Assembly: GCA_965216325.1 (NCBI GenBank)
Contig: OZ244160.1
Span: 992,001 to 1,056,000 of the forward strand
Length of the DNA: 64,000 nt
DNA from: Coraliomargarita sp.
Lineage (GTDB): Bacteria; Verrucomicrobiota; Verrucomicrobiia; Opitutales; Coraliomargaritaceae
Direction of reading: 5' to 3'
Shown: positions 25,867 to 38,267 of the stretch, piece by piece
How the letters are laid out: each line of letters begins with the position of its first letter
Numbering within the stretch: position 1 is the stretch's first letter
Position numbers and translations under genes: made by a program
Notes under the pieces: model-generated
What the model was told of the DNA's origin: nothing
The model's input: only the letters and a program-made list of their open reading frames with translations
Database searches by the model: none

Positions 25867-26004
25867 GATGCAAAAGTGAGTTGGATAAAAGTGTTGGATT
25901 CACGATGCAGAGGAATCTCGTGGCGGGGCAAGTCTGAATAGTCTATTCGTTGACTTCATCGCTGAATCCGCCTTTTAACCTACGGCTTTTCTGTTTCCGA
26001 ATCC

Positions 26005-29016
<3,012 letters not shown>

Positions 29017-29017
29017 T

Positions 29018-29551
29018 CTATAGCGCCTTACTGAAGTGATCGACTACGGATTGAAACTGGCTGGCGAGAACGGGGTCTGTGATGCCGGATTCTGCACTGA
29101 AGTTGTCGTTATAACTTGGCAGTGAAAAGCTGGCTTTGATGTCGGCTCCGAGGTGCGGGAAGGTCGCGTTCGCTGCGGCCATGACGCTCGCTCCACCGCG
29201 TGCGCCAGGCGATGTGCTGAGGAGCAGCATTGGCTTTTCCGACCAGAGCTTTTGCTCGTGGCGTGAGGCCCAATCCAGCACGTTTTTGAAGGCTGCGGTG
29301 TAGCTGCCGTTGTGCTCTGCAAGGGAAAGGATGATGGCATCGGCACCTTGGATGTGCTCAATAAACTCAACGGCTGTTTCAGAAACACCGTCCTCGGCTT
29401 CGCGCTCCGGCGAGTAAAGCGGCATCTCGAAATCGTTGAGATCGAGCACGTAGTATTGGCAGTCCTTGAGGAGGGTGCCCGCATGTGCGGCAAGGGTGCG
29501 GTTGATGGATGTGCTGCTGTTGCTAGCGCCGATAACAAGGATCTTTTTCAT
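29018..29551 (-). CDS. NADPH-dependent FMN reductase
   Basis: GASNSSTSIN, LAEHNGSYTAAFKNVLDW, STSPGARGG. Confidence 0.93.
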   Translation of the reverse strand: MKKILVIGASNSSTSINRTLAAHAGTLLKDCQYYVLDLNDFEMPLYSPEREAEDGVSETAVEFIEHIQGADAIILSLAEHNGSYTAAFKNVLDWASRHEQKLWSEKPMLLLSTSPGARGGASVMAAANATFPHLGADIKASFSLPSYNDNFSAESGITDPVLASQFQSVVDHFSKAL

Positions 29552-29585
29552 CAGGATAGTGTGTGGTTGCTTGCGATTCTATAGC

Positions 29586-29612
29586 CACGAAAAACACGAA
29601 AAGGCACAAAAA
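29586..29612. repeat. Short CACGAAAA-type periodic array
   Basis: CACGAAAAA CACGAAAAGG CACAAAAA. Confidence 0.5.
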
Positions 29613-29629
29613 GCGAACCGAGGAATGAG

Positions 29630-31225
29630 TTATTTGCAGGCGGCTTCGGCACAGCGGATGCCGTCGAGCGCGGCGCTGACGATTCCGCCTGCAAAACCGG
29701 CACCTTCACCACAGGGGTAGAGGCCTTTGACTTCGGGGTGCTCTAGGCTGTTGCTATCGCGTGGTATCCGCACAGGCGAGCTGGTGCGTGTTTCGAAACC
29801 AATCAGGTTGCAGTCTTGGGTGATGTAGCCGCGCATTTGTTTGCCAAAGAGTGTCAGGCCCCGGCGCATACGATCCGTGATCCAATCGGGGAGGAGCTCA
29901 TCGATGCGTGCAGGCACGATACCTGGGAAATAGCTGGTGTCGGGCAAGTCTTGGGAATCACGGCCTTTAAGGAAGTCGGTCACACGTTGCCCCGGAGCAA
30001 TTTGGCCAGTGCCACCGCCTGCTTGCTTGGCGGCAACTTCCAAAGCCTTCTGAAAGGCAATGCCAGCGAGCACGCCATGTTCTTTGATAAAGGGCTCGGT
30101 GTCTTCGGGCTCAACGGTGACGACCATGCCACTGTTGGCGAAAGGGGAGTCACGGCGTGCTAGGCTCATACCGTTGACGACCACTTCGTCGTTCTCGGTG
30201 GCAGCCGGCACAATGAAGCCGCCTGGGCACATGCAGAAGGAGTGGACACCACGGTCGTCGATCTTGGTCGCGAGTCGATAACTGGCCGCAGGCAAGAGGC
30301 GAGGGCGCTCTTGATCGATGGGTGTGTGGTATTGGAGGCTGTCGATGAGCGGCTGCGGGTGCTCGATGCGCACGCCGACAGCGAAGGGCTTTTGCTCCAA
30401 GCGAACACCTGCATGGTGTAGCAACTGATAGATATCGCGTGCGGAGTGGCCAGTCGCAAGAATCACATGTTGACTGAGGTATTCACGGTCGTCAGCAGTG
30501 TGAACTCCATTAACCTGACCCTTTTCAATTAGGAACTGTGTTACCTTCGCACCAAAGTGGACCTCGCCACCCGCTGCGATAATAGACTCGCGCATGGCCA
30601 TCACGACCTTCGGCAAGAGGTTGGATCCGATGTGCGGATGGGCATCAATCAGGATACGCTCGGGAGCACCGTGGGCGACCAGTGTTTCGTAAATTTTACG
30701 CACGGGGCCACGCTTGGTCGCACGAGTGTAAAGCTTGCCGTCGGAGAAGGTGCCGGCGCCGCCTTCGCCGAAGCAGTAGTTGGAGTCTTCAATGACAGTG
30801 CCTTTTTTGAGAATTGGGCCGAGGTCGAAACGGCGGGCCGAGGCATCTTTACCACGCTCAAGCACAATGGGCTTGAAGCCCGCTTCGATACAATTGAGTG
30901 CAGCAAACATCCCAGCCGGGCCACATCCGACTATAATGACAGGCTGGGCATCGGGCCCGAGCGCGCGGTAGTTTGGTTTGAGCTCAGGTTCTGCAGGGAG
31001 TGCCTCGTCGAGTCCTACTTCAAGACGTAATTGCACCTTGATTTGCTTCTGGCGCGCATCGATCGAGTGTTTCTTCAGCCGCATCTCGGCGATACGCACT
31101 GCGGGAACAGACAGCTTTTTCGCGACAGCCTGCGCCCAGGCAGATCGCTCCTCTGATTTTTCAAGAGGAAGAATGATGTCTACAATCTGTGGATTATTGG
31201 TCTCGTCTGAACAGCTGTCTGGCAT
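29630..31225 (-). CDS. FAD-dependent oxidoreductase (uncharacterised dehydrogenase family)
   Basis: IVGCGPAG, FGEGGAGTFSDGKL, LATGHSARD, FCMCPGG, ETRTSSP, GEGAGFAGGIVSAA. Confidence 0.9.
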   Translation of the reverse strand: MPDSCSDETNNPQIVDIILPLEKSEERSAWAQAVAKKLSVPAVRIAEMRLKKHSIDARQKQIKVQLRLEVGLDEALPAEPELKPNYRALGPDAQPVIIVGCGPAGMFAALNCIEAGFKPIVLERGKDASARRFDLGPILKKGTVIEDSNYCFGEGGAGTFSDGKLYTRATKRGPVRKIYETLVAHGAPERILIDAHPHIGSNLLPKVVMAMRESIIAAGGEVHFGAKVTQFLIEKGQVNGVHTADDREYLSQHVILATGHSARDIYQLLHHAGVRLEQKPFAVGVRIEHPQPLIDSLQYHTPIDQERPRLLPAASYRLATKIDDRGVHSFCMCPGGFIVPAATENDEVVVNGMSLARRDSPFANSGMVVTVEPEDTEPFIKEHGVLAGIAFQKALEVAAKQAGGGTGQIAPGQRVTDFLKGRDSQDLPDTSYFPGIVPARIDELLPDWITDRMRRGLTLFGKQMRGYITQDCNLIGFETRTSSPVRIPRDSNSLEHPEVKGLYPCGEGAGFAGGIVSAALDGIRCAEAACK

Positions 31226-31297
31226 GGCAGACAAGGTGGGGACTTTTTTTCGCCAAACAAGTCCTTTTCAGAGAATATGCTGTAGCTACTCAAGAGC

Positions 31298-31756
31298 CTA
31301 TTTCAATGGGACCTGCCCTTCTTTCTCGATCAACTTGCCTGATTTCCATACAGACTGAGTGCCAAGCTTCACCCGTAATTTATAATCAACCACATCATCG
31401 GACTCGTTAACTAAATGGGCCAGAAAGCGAGCACTGTTAATGATGTCCGCCGCAGAGTTGACGCGGACGGTTTCGCTGCTGAATCCCTCGATCGCTGGAA
31501 TGTTCCGAGCAATTCCGTTGACCACATCGATGTTTGCCAGTCTAAGCTCATAGTAGAGGCCACTCAGCTGGAGCGGAGTCTCATTTGGATTGGTGATACG
31601 CAGCTGAATGTCGAACTCGAGTGCAGATTCCGCTGAAGCCGCTTGCTGTATGCCAACGAGTTCCACGCTGGGCTCGACTTACTATCTGATGCAGCTGGCA
31701 CATGCGAGTAAAAGCAGGAGAACGATCGATAAGAACAGTGCGGGCGTGAATCCCAT
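31298..31756 (-). pseudogene. LEA type-2 (WHy domain) lipoprotein gene interrupted by in-frame TAG TAA
   Basis: ATG 31756 gives MGFTPALFLSIVLLLLLACASCIR, then TAG TAA (31684-31679), then in-frame VEPSVELVGI...LRITNPN...YELRL. Confidence 0.7.
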
Positions 31757-31778
31757 GGAACTGATTGGTAATTTTTCG

Positions 31779-32186
31779 CTATACCTTAATTTGAGGGCCA
31801 AGGATTTGATCGATCGCGTGGATCAGGAGTTCGGTTGTGACTGGCTTCGCAATAAAGTGTTCACCACCGCTCTCATAAAAGCCCTCGCCAGATTCCCGGC
31901 GTGATACCATGGCAGAAACAAAGATAATCGGAACATGTTGTGTCTTGGGGTGGTTACGAATTTGCGTGGCAACATCACCTCCGTCAGCTTGGGGCATGAC
32001 TACATCCAGTAAGATGATGTCCGGATGAAACTTGCAGGCTTCATTATATGCCAAGGGACTCTCATTTACTGCTTTGACTGCGTAGTTTCCGGCAGCTTCT
32101 AAGTTACGTTTTACCATGCGTGTAAACGCGGGCTCATCGTCAACAAGCAGGACTCGTCTTGGTTCGGGTGGGGGCATTTGTCTCAT
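31779..32186 (-). CDS. Single-domain response regulator (receiver)
   Basis: VLLVDDE, ILLDVVMP, FVSA, FIAKPV; overlaps the kinase stop by 4 nt. Confidence 0.95.
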   Translation of the reverse strand: MRQMPPPEPRRVLLVDDEPAFTRMVKRNLEAAGNYAVKAVNESPLAYNEACKFHPDIILLDVVMPQADGGDVATQIRNHPKTQHVPIIFVSAMVSRRESGEGFYESGGEHFIAKPVTTELLIHAIDQILGPQIKV

Positions 32187-34156
32187 GTTTTTTGTGGGGT
32201 TGGAAAGATTAGACGGGCGCAGGCGCCTTTACAGTTTTCTCTGTTCTCTAGTTTAATAATTCCACGGTGCATTTCAACAATACTTTGCGTCACCGATAGC
32301 CCGAGTCCCGTGCCGTCACCGGTGCTGCGGGTCGAGTAGAACGGGTCAAAGAGCTTGTCTTTAATCTTATCGTCGATGCCATGACCGGTATCGAGCACTT
32401 CGATGATAATCATCCGCTCGCCGATGTTGAAGAGTTCATTGAGTTTACCTGAGACGTTGTGACCACCATGTTTCAATCGCTCCATGCGACTACGAAGCGT
32501 GACTTCTCCTCCGTCTGGCATGACTGAGATCGCATTGAGAAACAGATTGATGAAGACCTGTTCCATTTTGGACTCGTCCATGACAACTGGACCAAGGTCT
32601 GAACTGAGTTCGTCGATGACCTTTACTTTTGCCTCACGGAAATTATGGCGCATCAGTGCCTGAACGCGGTGAATCAGGACATTGATATCCTTGGTTTCCA
32701 TGCTCATCTCGTGAGGAGTGGAGTAGTCGAGCAGTTCCATGATGACACCGTTGGCCTTTTGCGTCGCTTCCTGCATATCGGCGATGACCTCCAACGCTTC
32801 AGAGTTGTTATCAACTTTGGTTTTTAGAAAATCCATCCCCAGCGTGACAACTCCGAGTGGATTCTTGACCTCATGTGCGACCCCTGCTGCCAGTCGGCCA
32901 ACAGTTTTAAGCTTTTCAGCTTCTAAAAGCTGCAGCTGGGTATCCTTCAAAACATGGATCGTTTTACGCAGTTTACTTTCGGTTTCTTTCTGATCGGTGA
33001 TATCACGAGAAATGCCGATAATTCCAATGGTTTCGCCACTAGTGCTAATCAGTGGAACTTTACTGATTAGATACCAAGTTCGGGTCTCGTCCGCATTATC
33101 GGTATACTCGACCTGATTGATCAGTGGACGGTTCGTTTGGATGATCTCAAGGTCCTGTTTGTGTAGCTTATCAGCAAAGGGCTTAGGCATATGTTGGTGA
33201 ACAGTTGTGCCAATGACCTTACCTTCACTGTCAGCGCCGAGTACGGCGGTGTGGTGTGGATTCGAAACTAGATATCTACCTTTGGTGTTTTTGACGAAGA
33301 TCTGGTCGGGCAGATTACTGAGTATGGTGCGAAGCAGATTTCGCTCAGCTTGCAGAGCGCCCTCGATACTCTTCAGGTCAGTAATATTACGTGAGATACC
33401 CATCGTGCCTATGATCTGGCGGTTGCGGTCATAGAGTGGGAGCTTTGTAGTTGTGACCCAACTAACCCGACCATCTTCAAAGGTTTCTTTCTCAACCTTT
33501 CCAACGAGTGGTTCTCCAGTTTGGATGATCTGCTGTTCATCTTCAAAGGCAGGTCGGGCGTGCTCGTCGGTGAATAAGTCAAAGTCTGTGAGGCCGAGGA
33601 GACTTTCTACATCCTGTCCATATACTTGTGCCATTGACTTATTCACCTTCGTGAAACGGCTATCGAGATCTTTGAAATAGATGGAGTCCGGGATATTATC
33701 CATTAGTGACTGGTAGAGAGCACTTTCATGGCTGAGTTCGCGTTCCTTGTTGCGTCTGCGGATTGAGTGAGTGATTCGCATCGTAAGTTCGCCTTCCATT
33801 AGGCTGTGCGGCACGATGTAATCATCGACTAGATGCATTACCTCACCATAGGTTTTAAGCTGTTCATGGTTGCGGCAAAGGCAGATTAACGCGCTGGAGT
33901 TGCAGTCCTCACCGATCTGATGGATAGTCTTAATACTTAGCTCGCGATCAATCCGCATATCTAGTAGAATGACCTCATACTCTTCGCCAATCGCATTTTC
34001 GTTCAGATGATCGAAATGGGCACGGCACTGGAGCGTGTAACCACTGTTTAGCATGCCATCGAGTTGGCTACGAACCTCATGCTCTTCCTCGGCATCAGAG
34101 CTGAGCAGGAGTAGTTTAAGGGGCGCTAAGGCTGGCAGATGTTTGGCTGAGTTCAG
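32183..34156 (-). CDS. Cytoplasmic sensor histidine kinase: degenerate receiver + 2 PAS + HisKA/HATPase
   Basis: Two PAS repeats (IYFKD.., GISRNITD/GISRDITD), H-box AHEVKNPL, NLFLNA, DTGHGI, GTGLGL. The frame stays open upstream of ATG 34054 to CTG 34156; the start is uncertain. Confidence 0.9.
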   Translation of the reverse strand: MNSAKHLPALAPLKLLLLSSDAEEEHEVRSQLDGMLNSGYTLQCRAHFDHLNENAIGEEYEVILLDMRIDRELSIKTIHQIGEDCNSSALICLCRNHEQLKTYGEVMHLVDDYIVPHSLMEGELTMRITHSIRRRNKERELSHESALYQSLMDNIPDSIYFKDLDSRFTKVNKSMAQVYGQDVESLLGLTDFDLFTDEHARPAFEDEQQIIQTGEPLVGKVEKETFEDGRVSWVTTTKLPLYDRNRQIIGTMGISRNITDLKSIEGALQAERNLLRTILSNLPDQIFVKNTKGRYLVSNPHHTAVLGADSEGKVIGTTVHQHMPKPFADKLHKQDLEIIQTNRPLINQVEYTDNADETRTWYLISKVPLISTSGETIGIIGISRDITDQKETESKLRKTIHVLKDTQLQLLEAEKLKTVGRLAAGVAHEVKNPLGVVTLGMDFLKTKVDNNSEALEVIADMQEATQKANGVIMELLDYSTPHEMSMETKDINVLIHRVQALMRHNFREAKVKVIDELSSDLGPVVMDESKMEQVFINLFLNAISVMPDGGEVTLRSRMERLKHGGHNVSGKLNELFNIGERMIIIEVLDTGHGIDDKIKDKLFDPFYSTRSTGDGTGLGLSVTQSIVEMHRGIIKLENRENCKGACARLIFPTPQKT

Positions 34157-34268
34157 GACGATTTAACTATAGCAAGCTTATGCCACAGGACAAGCCTATG
34201 GTGAGCTTTGCCAGGAGGTAAAATCTCCTGTATTGAAGTCGTGCACGAAAGCCTGCTAGCCTACGGCT

Positions 34269-34871
34269 ATGTCTTTCCAGTCCAGTTTACGATATCAGCA
34301 AGCAGTTGCTGCCTTTGACGCCCTGAATGCAGGGGATCCGAATACAGTGACCACAGCCGACGGTGCGTCGCAGCCCAAAGAGTTGCACGATGCATTGGCC
34401 ATGAGTCAGTGGCTTGAACGTCTCTATCCGGATGCGAGTGAAGCGGCATATTTGGCTGCCCGTTGCCAGCACCTTTGCCGCTGGGAAGTGCCACGCAATA
34501 GCTATCCGGAAGGTCGTGCTGGCTATCTCAAATGGCGTAGTGATCTCAAGCAGGTGCACGCGGATAAGAGTGCGGCAGTACTGCGTGAAGTCGGCTATGA
34601 TGACGAGCTCATCGATGCGGTGGTTGCAATCAATTTGAAGAAGGGGCTTAAATCGAATCCAGATGTGCAAGCTATCGAGGACGTGCTTTGTCTCGTCTTT
34701 CTCGATGAACAGTTCGATGACTATATCGGTGTCTGGGATGACGACAAAATTGTCCGTATCTTGCAGAAAACCTGGGCGAAAATGAGCGAGGTGGGACATG
34801 CCGCGGCCTTGCAATTGCCGCTTTCCGAGCGCGCCTTGGGGCTGGTCAAGACTGCTCTGGGTGAAGATTAA
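34269..34871 (+). CDS. DUF4202 domain protein
   Basis: [51 protein letters not shown]. Confidence 0.85.
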   Translation: MSFQSSLRYQQAVAAFDALNAGDPNTVTTADGASQPKELHDALAMSQWLERLYPDASEAAYLAARCQHLCRWEVPRNSYPEGRAGYLKWRSDLKQVHADKSAAVLREVGYDDELIDAVVAINLKKGLKSNPDVQAIEDVLCLVFLDEQFDDYIGVWDDDKIVRILQKTWAKMSEVGHAAALQLPLSERALGLVKTALGED

Positions 34872-34925
34872 GCCAGTAGCGGGCTGCGAGCTTGTGTTTT
34901 TGTATTCTAGCTCAGATTAAGAGTG

Positions 34926-36353
34926 ATGCGGATCTACTTTATGGGCATATGCGGCACTGCGATGGGTAATGCCGCCTTACTTCTCAAGGAACAAGGGCAC
35001 GAGGTGATGGGAGCTGACTCGGGGATTTATCCGCCGATGTCCGACGTGCTTGCCGATGCTGAAATTGAAGTTTTTGACGGCTTTGATGCAGCGCGACTCG
35101 AGGCGCTAAAACCGGACCGCGTCGTGGTTGGGAATGCCATGAGCCGTGGAAACTGCGAAGTGGAGTGGCTGTTGAACCAGTCCGAGCAGGCTTTTGTATC
35201 CTTGCCACAGCTCTTTCACGAAACTGTGCTCCCCGGGCGCTGTCCAGTGGTGATCACGGGCACCCATGGTAAGACCACGACATCGACGCTGACTGCCTAC
35301 CTCTTGGACCGTGCCGGTCAAGAACCCGGTTGGCTAATTGGTGGTGTGCCCAAGGATTTGCCAAGCGGTGCGCGTCTGGGCGCCGGTACGCCCTTTGTGA
35401 TCGAGGGGGACGAGTATGATTCGGCTTTCTTCGATAAGCGCAGTAAATTCATTCATTATCGCCCACAGGTCGCGGTGCTCAACAATCTTGAGTTCGACCA
35501 TGCGGACATCTTTCGAGACCTGCAGGATGTGCAGCGCACCTTTAGTCATTTCCTGAGAATTATACCGAGTTCGGGCTATGCACTGGTGAATGGAGACGAT
35601 CCGAACTTAGCAGAACTGCTGCCGGTAAGTTGGACACAGACCGTCTTAGTCGGCACCGGAGAGCAAAATGATCTGCGGATTCGTCATTTTGCGGACAGTC
35701 CTGCGGGGGCGAGCTTTGAGCTCGTCTGGCAAGGAACTCTGTGGGGTACCGTCAATTGGGCGATGCATGGTTTATTCAATGCACGCAATGCTGCGATGGC
35801 TGCTCTTGCGGGTGCATTCGCCTCTGGATTTGAATCACCTTTGGACTTCGATCTCTCGGCCTTGGCTGAATTCTCTGGAGTCGCCCGTCGGCAGGATCTG
35901 CTGCATCAGAGTGATCGCTGGACCGTGTTGGAAGACTTTGCGCATCACCCGACAGCTGTTGCTGGTGCATTGGAGGCGCTTCGTTCTGCCTATCCGGGAA
36001 AACAGGTGCATGCTTGTTTCGAACCGCGTAGCAATACGGCCGCGACCTCACTATTCCAACACCAGTTCACTGAGGCGCTAAGTGCCGCAGATTCAGTCTA
36101 CTTGGGCGCGGTCCACCGTGCCGAGCGCATGAAGCCTGAAGAGCGCTTGAACACTGTAACCATGGTCGATCAGTTAACAGCATCAGGCTGTGATGCTCAG
36201 GCCTTTGATGACAATCAGGCATTGTTGGCGAAACTTCAGGCACGCATCACACCGGAGTCAGGCGGCTTGGTGGTCTTCTTTACCAATGGTTCATTCGATG
36301 GTATTCAAAAAGCCACCGCGGAGCACTGTGTGAATTTTCAGCCTGTGGGGTAG
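34926..36353 (+). CDS. mpl: UDP-MurNAc:L-Ala-gamma-D-Glu-mDAP ligase (murein peptide ligase)
   Basis: GICGTAMG, YPPMS, GTHGKTTTS, EGDEYDSAFFDKRSKF, NNLEFDHADIF, DFAHHPTA, FEPRSNT. Confidence 0.9.
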   Translation: MRIYFMGICGTAMGNAALLLKEQGHEVMGADSGIYPPMSDVLADAEIEVFDGFDAARLEALKPDRVVVGNAMSRGNCEVEWLLNQSEQAFVSLPQLFHETVLPGRCPVVITGTHGKTTTSTLTAYLLDRAGQEPGWLIGGVPKDLPSGARLGAGTPFVIEGDEYDSAFFDKRSKFIHYRPQVAVLNNLEFDHADIFRDLQDVQRTFSHFLRIIPSSGYALVNGDDPNLAELLPVSWTQTVLVGTGEQNDLRIRHFADSPAGASFELVWQGTLWGTVNWAMHGLFNARNAAMAALAGAFASGFESPLDFDLSALAEFSGVARRQDLLHQSDRWTVLEDFAHHPTAVAGALEALRSAYPGKQVHACFEPRSNTAATSLFQHQFTEALSAADSVYLGAVHRAERMKPEERLNTVTMVDQLTASGCDAQAFDDNQALLAKLQARITPESGGLVVFFTNGSFDGIQKATAEHCVNFQPVG

Positions 36354-36463
36354 CGCAGCACCGTCCTTCTCTGGCATGAGCCTGTCGAATGCAGTGCGCA
36401 CCACGTTTTCTAAGCCTGAAGGAAAAGCTGTCGTCGTGCGGCGCGAGACGCGCCTGCGCAACC
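36350..36463. repeat. GTAG-type palindromic element with nested TGAGCCTGTCGAA motif
   Basis: GTAGCGCAG... left arm and ...GGCGCGAGACGCGCCTGCGCAAC right arm, between convergent genes. Confidence 0.5.
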
Positions 36464-37348
36464 TTAAAGCTTTAGAACACGCTTTGCGTTGTCGCTAAAG
36501 AGTGCCTTCAGCTCTTGTTCGGAGAGTCTACTGTCATTCTGGATTTGCTCAATAAAACGCTGGAAGTCGGCTTGCTGCTGCGTGCGTGGATACAGCCTCA
36601 GCGGGTAATCTGAGCCAAAGAGTAGCTTTTCACTGCCGACTAGATCGATCACGCGTTGAAAACTGTCGATATCGTAGAGCAGTGGACTGGCTGCGCAGTC
36701 ATAGACGACATTCTTGAGCACTTTACGTAGACGAGGGTTTTGTTCAAAGAAGGGCAGGCCGCCACCGAAGTGGGCTAGGATAAGCTTCAGCTTAGGAGCG
36801 CTCTGCGCCATACGGACGAATTCGTTCAACGGGGTCGGCACGGAACCCGGATGATCATGGCCTGCCGCCTCGGTCACGTGCAAATTAACTGGCCAGTCGT
36901 GTTCCACGCACCAGCTGGCGAGTGTCTGCCAGCCATCGCTCTGCGCGCTGAACTGTTGGACGCCGAAATGGAGTTCGCCAACTCCGCGTAGCCCGAGATC
37001 GGCAGCGACTTCCAGTTGACTCAAAGTGTTCTCGCTGGGCAGGACGCTTGCAAAGCCAATAAAACGATCGGGGGCCTGTGCCACCCATTTGCCGATTTCC
37101 TGAGTATGCCAGCGGCAGGTCGCTTCATTTTCCCAATACCAGCCGAGTAGCACGGCTTGTTCGATATTTGCAGCATCCATTGCTGCGAGCATCTTGTCGG
37201 GTGTTGCCCAATCCTGAATTGAAGGGCGGTCGAGTGGTGCGACTAAATCAGCCCAATGCAGCTCATCGTGTGCTGCTGCCCATGCGCGTGGATCTGCGGT
37301 TATCTCCGTAGGGTAGCAATGCGTGTGGCAATCAATGATCCGTGGCAT
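36464..37348 (-). CDS. Amidohydrolase family (Amidohydro_2) protein
   Basis: IDCHTH, GVGELH, LAHFGGG, LLFGSDYP. Confidence 0.9.
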   Translation of the reverse strand: MPRIIDCHTHCYPTEITADPRAWAAAHDELHWADLVAPLDRPSIQDWATPDKMLAAMDAANIEQAVLLGWYWENEATCRWHTQEIGKWVAQAPDRFIGFASVLPSENTLSQLEVAADLGLRGVGELHFGVQQFSAQSDGWQTLASWCVEHDWPVNLHVTEAAGHDHPGSVPTPLNEFVRMAQSAPKLKLILAHFGGGLPFFEQNPRLRKVLKNVVYDCAASPLLYDIDSFQRVIDLVGSEKLLFGSDYPLRLYPRTQQQADFQRFIEQIQNDSRLSEQELKALFSDNAKRVLKL

Positions 37349-37370
37349 GACGAAATACAGCTTTGGGGGA

Positions 37371-37436
37371 GGAATCGTTATCCTTAACGATCCGCGATGT
37401 GCTTGACGGCGGCACGTTAAGGATAACGCGCCCTAC
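37371..37436. repeat. GTAG-type REP/REPIN element, family A copy 3
   Basis: GGAATCGTTATCCTTAACGATCCGC ... CACGTTAAGGATAACGCGCCCTAC. Confidence 0.85.
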
Positions 37437-37439
37437 CAT

Positions 37440-38201
37440 TTACAAACGAACGGGAATGCCGCGTGTTTGCAAGTGCTCTTTGGCTTGCTTGATCGTGAAG
37501 GTGCCAAAGTGGAAGATTGATGCGGCGAGCACTGCGCTGGCTTTACCTTGATCCACCGCATCTGCGAGGTGGTCGAGTGTGCCGGCACCACCGGATGCAA
37601 TCACTGGCACTTCAACAGCATCGCTGATGGCACGCGTTAAACCGAGGTCATAGCCACACTTAGTGCCATCACCGTCCATACTCGTGAGTAGAATTTCACC
37701 AGCACCGAGGGAAACCACTTTTTGAGCCCATTCGACGGCGTCCAGGCCGACCGGCTTGCGACCACCGTGGGTAAATACTTCCCAGCGGTCTTCGTTGCCG
37801 ATACGCTTGGCGTCGATTGCGACGACGATGCACTGGTTGCCGAACTTGGAAGCACTTTGCAGGATCAGGTCGGGATTCACGACCGCTGCGGTGTTCAAAC
37901 TTATCTTGTCCGCGCCGGCATTGAGCATGTCACGGATGTTCACGACGTTGCGCAAGCCACCACCAACCGTGAGCGGCATGAAGCACTCCGATGCAGTGCG
38001 CTCCACGACGTCGTGCATGATGTTGCGCTCATCACTGGATGCAGTGATGTCGAGGAACACCAATTCGTCAGCACCTTGAAGCTCGTAAGCTTTGGCTTGT
38101 TCGACCGGATCGCCGGCGTCGATGAGATCCACGAAGTTGACGCCCTTAACGACGCGGCCTTCGTGAACATCCAAGCAAGGAATGATGCGAGTGGACAACA
38201 T
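37440..38201 (-). CDS. hisF: Imidazole glycerol phosphate synthase cyclase subunit
   Basis: [51 protein letters not shown]. Confidence 0.98.
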   Translation of the reverse strand: MLSTRIIPCLDVHEGRVVKGVNFVDLIDAGDPVEQAKAYELQGADELVFLDITASSDERNIMHDVVERTASECFMPLTVGGGLRNVVNIRDMLNAGADKISLNTAAVVNPDLILQSASKFGNQCIVVAIDAKRIGNEDRWEVFTHGGRKPVGLDAVEWAQKVVSLGAGEILLTSMDGDGTKCGYDLGLTRAISDAVEVPVIASGGAGTLDHLADAVDQGKASAVLAASIFHFGTFTIKQAKEHLQTRGIPVRL

Positions 38202-38267
38202 GTTGTTAGTTGTAGGCTGTGAGTTGTTTTACGTTCAACAAACAACAGCAACGTTCAACGGAGTAGC

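Noticed and set aside
34171..34185. Sigma54-like TGGCATAAGCTTGCT on the minus strand upstream of the histidine kinase
   Set aside because: GG-to-GC spacing is 9 nt rather than the required 10.
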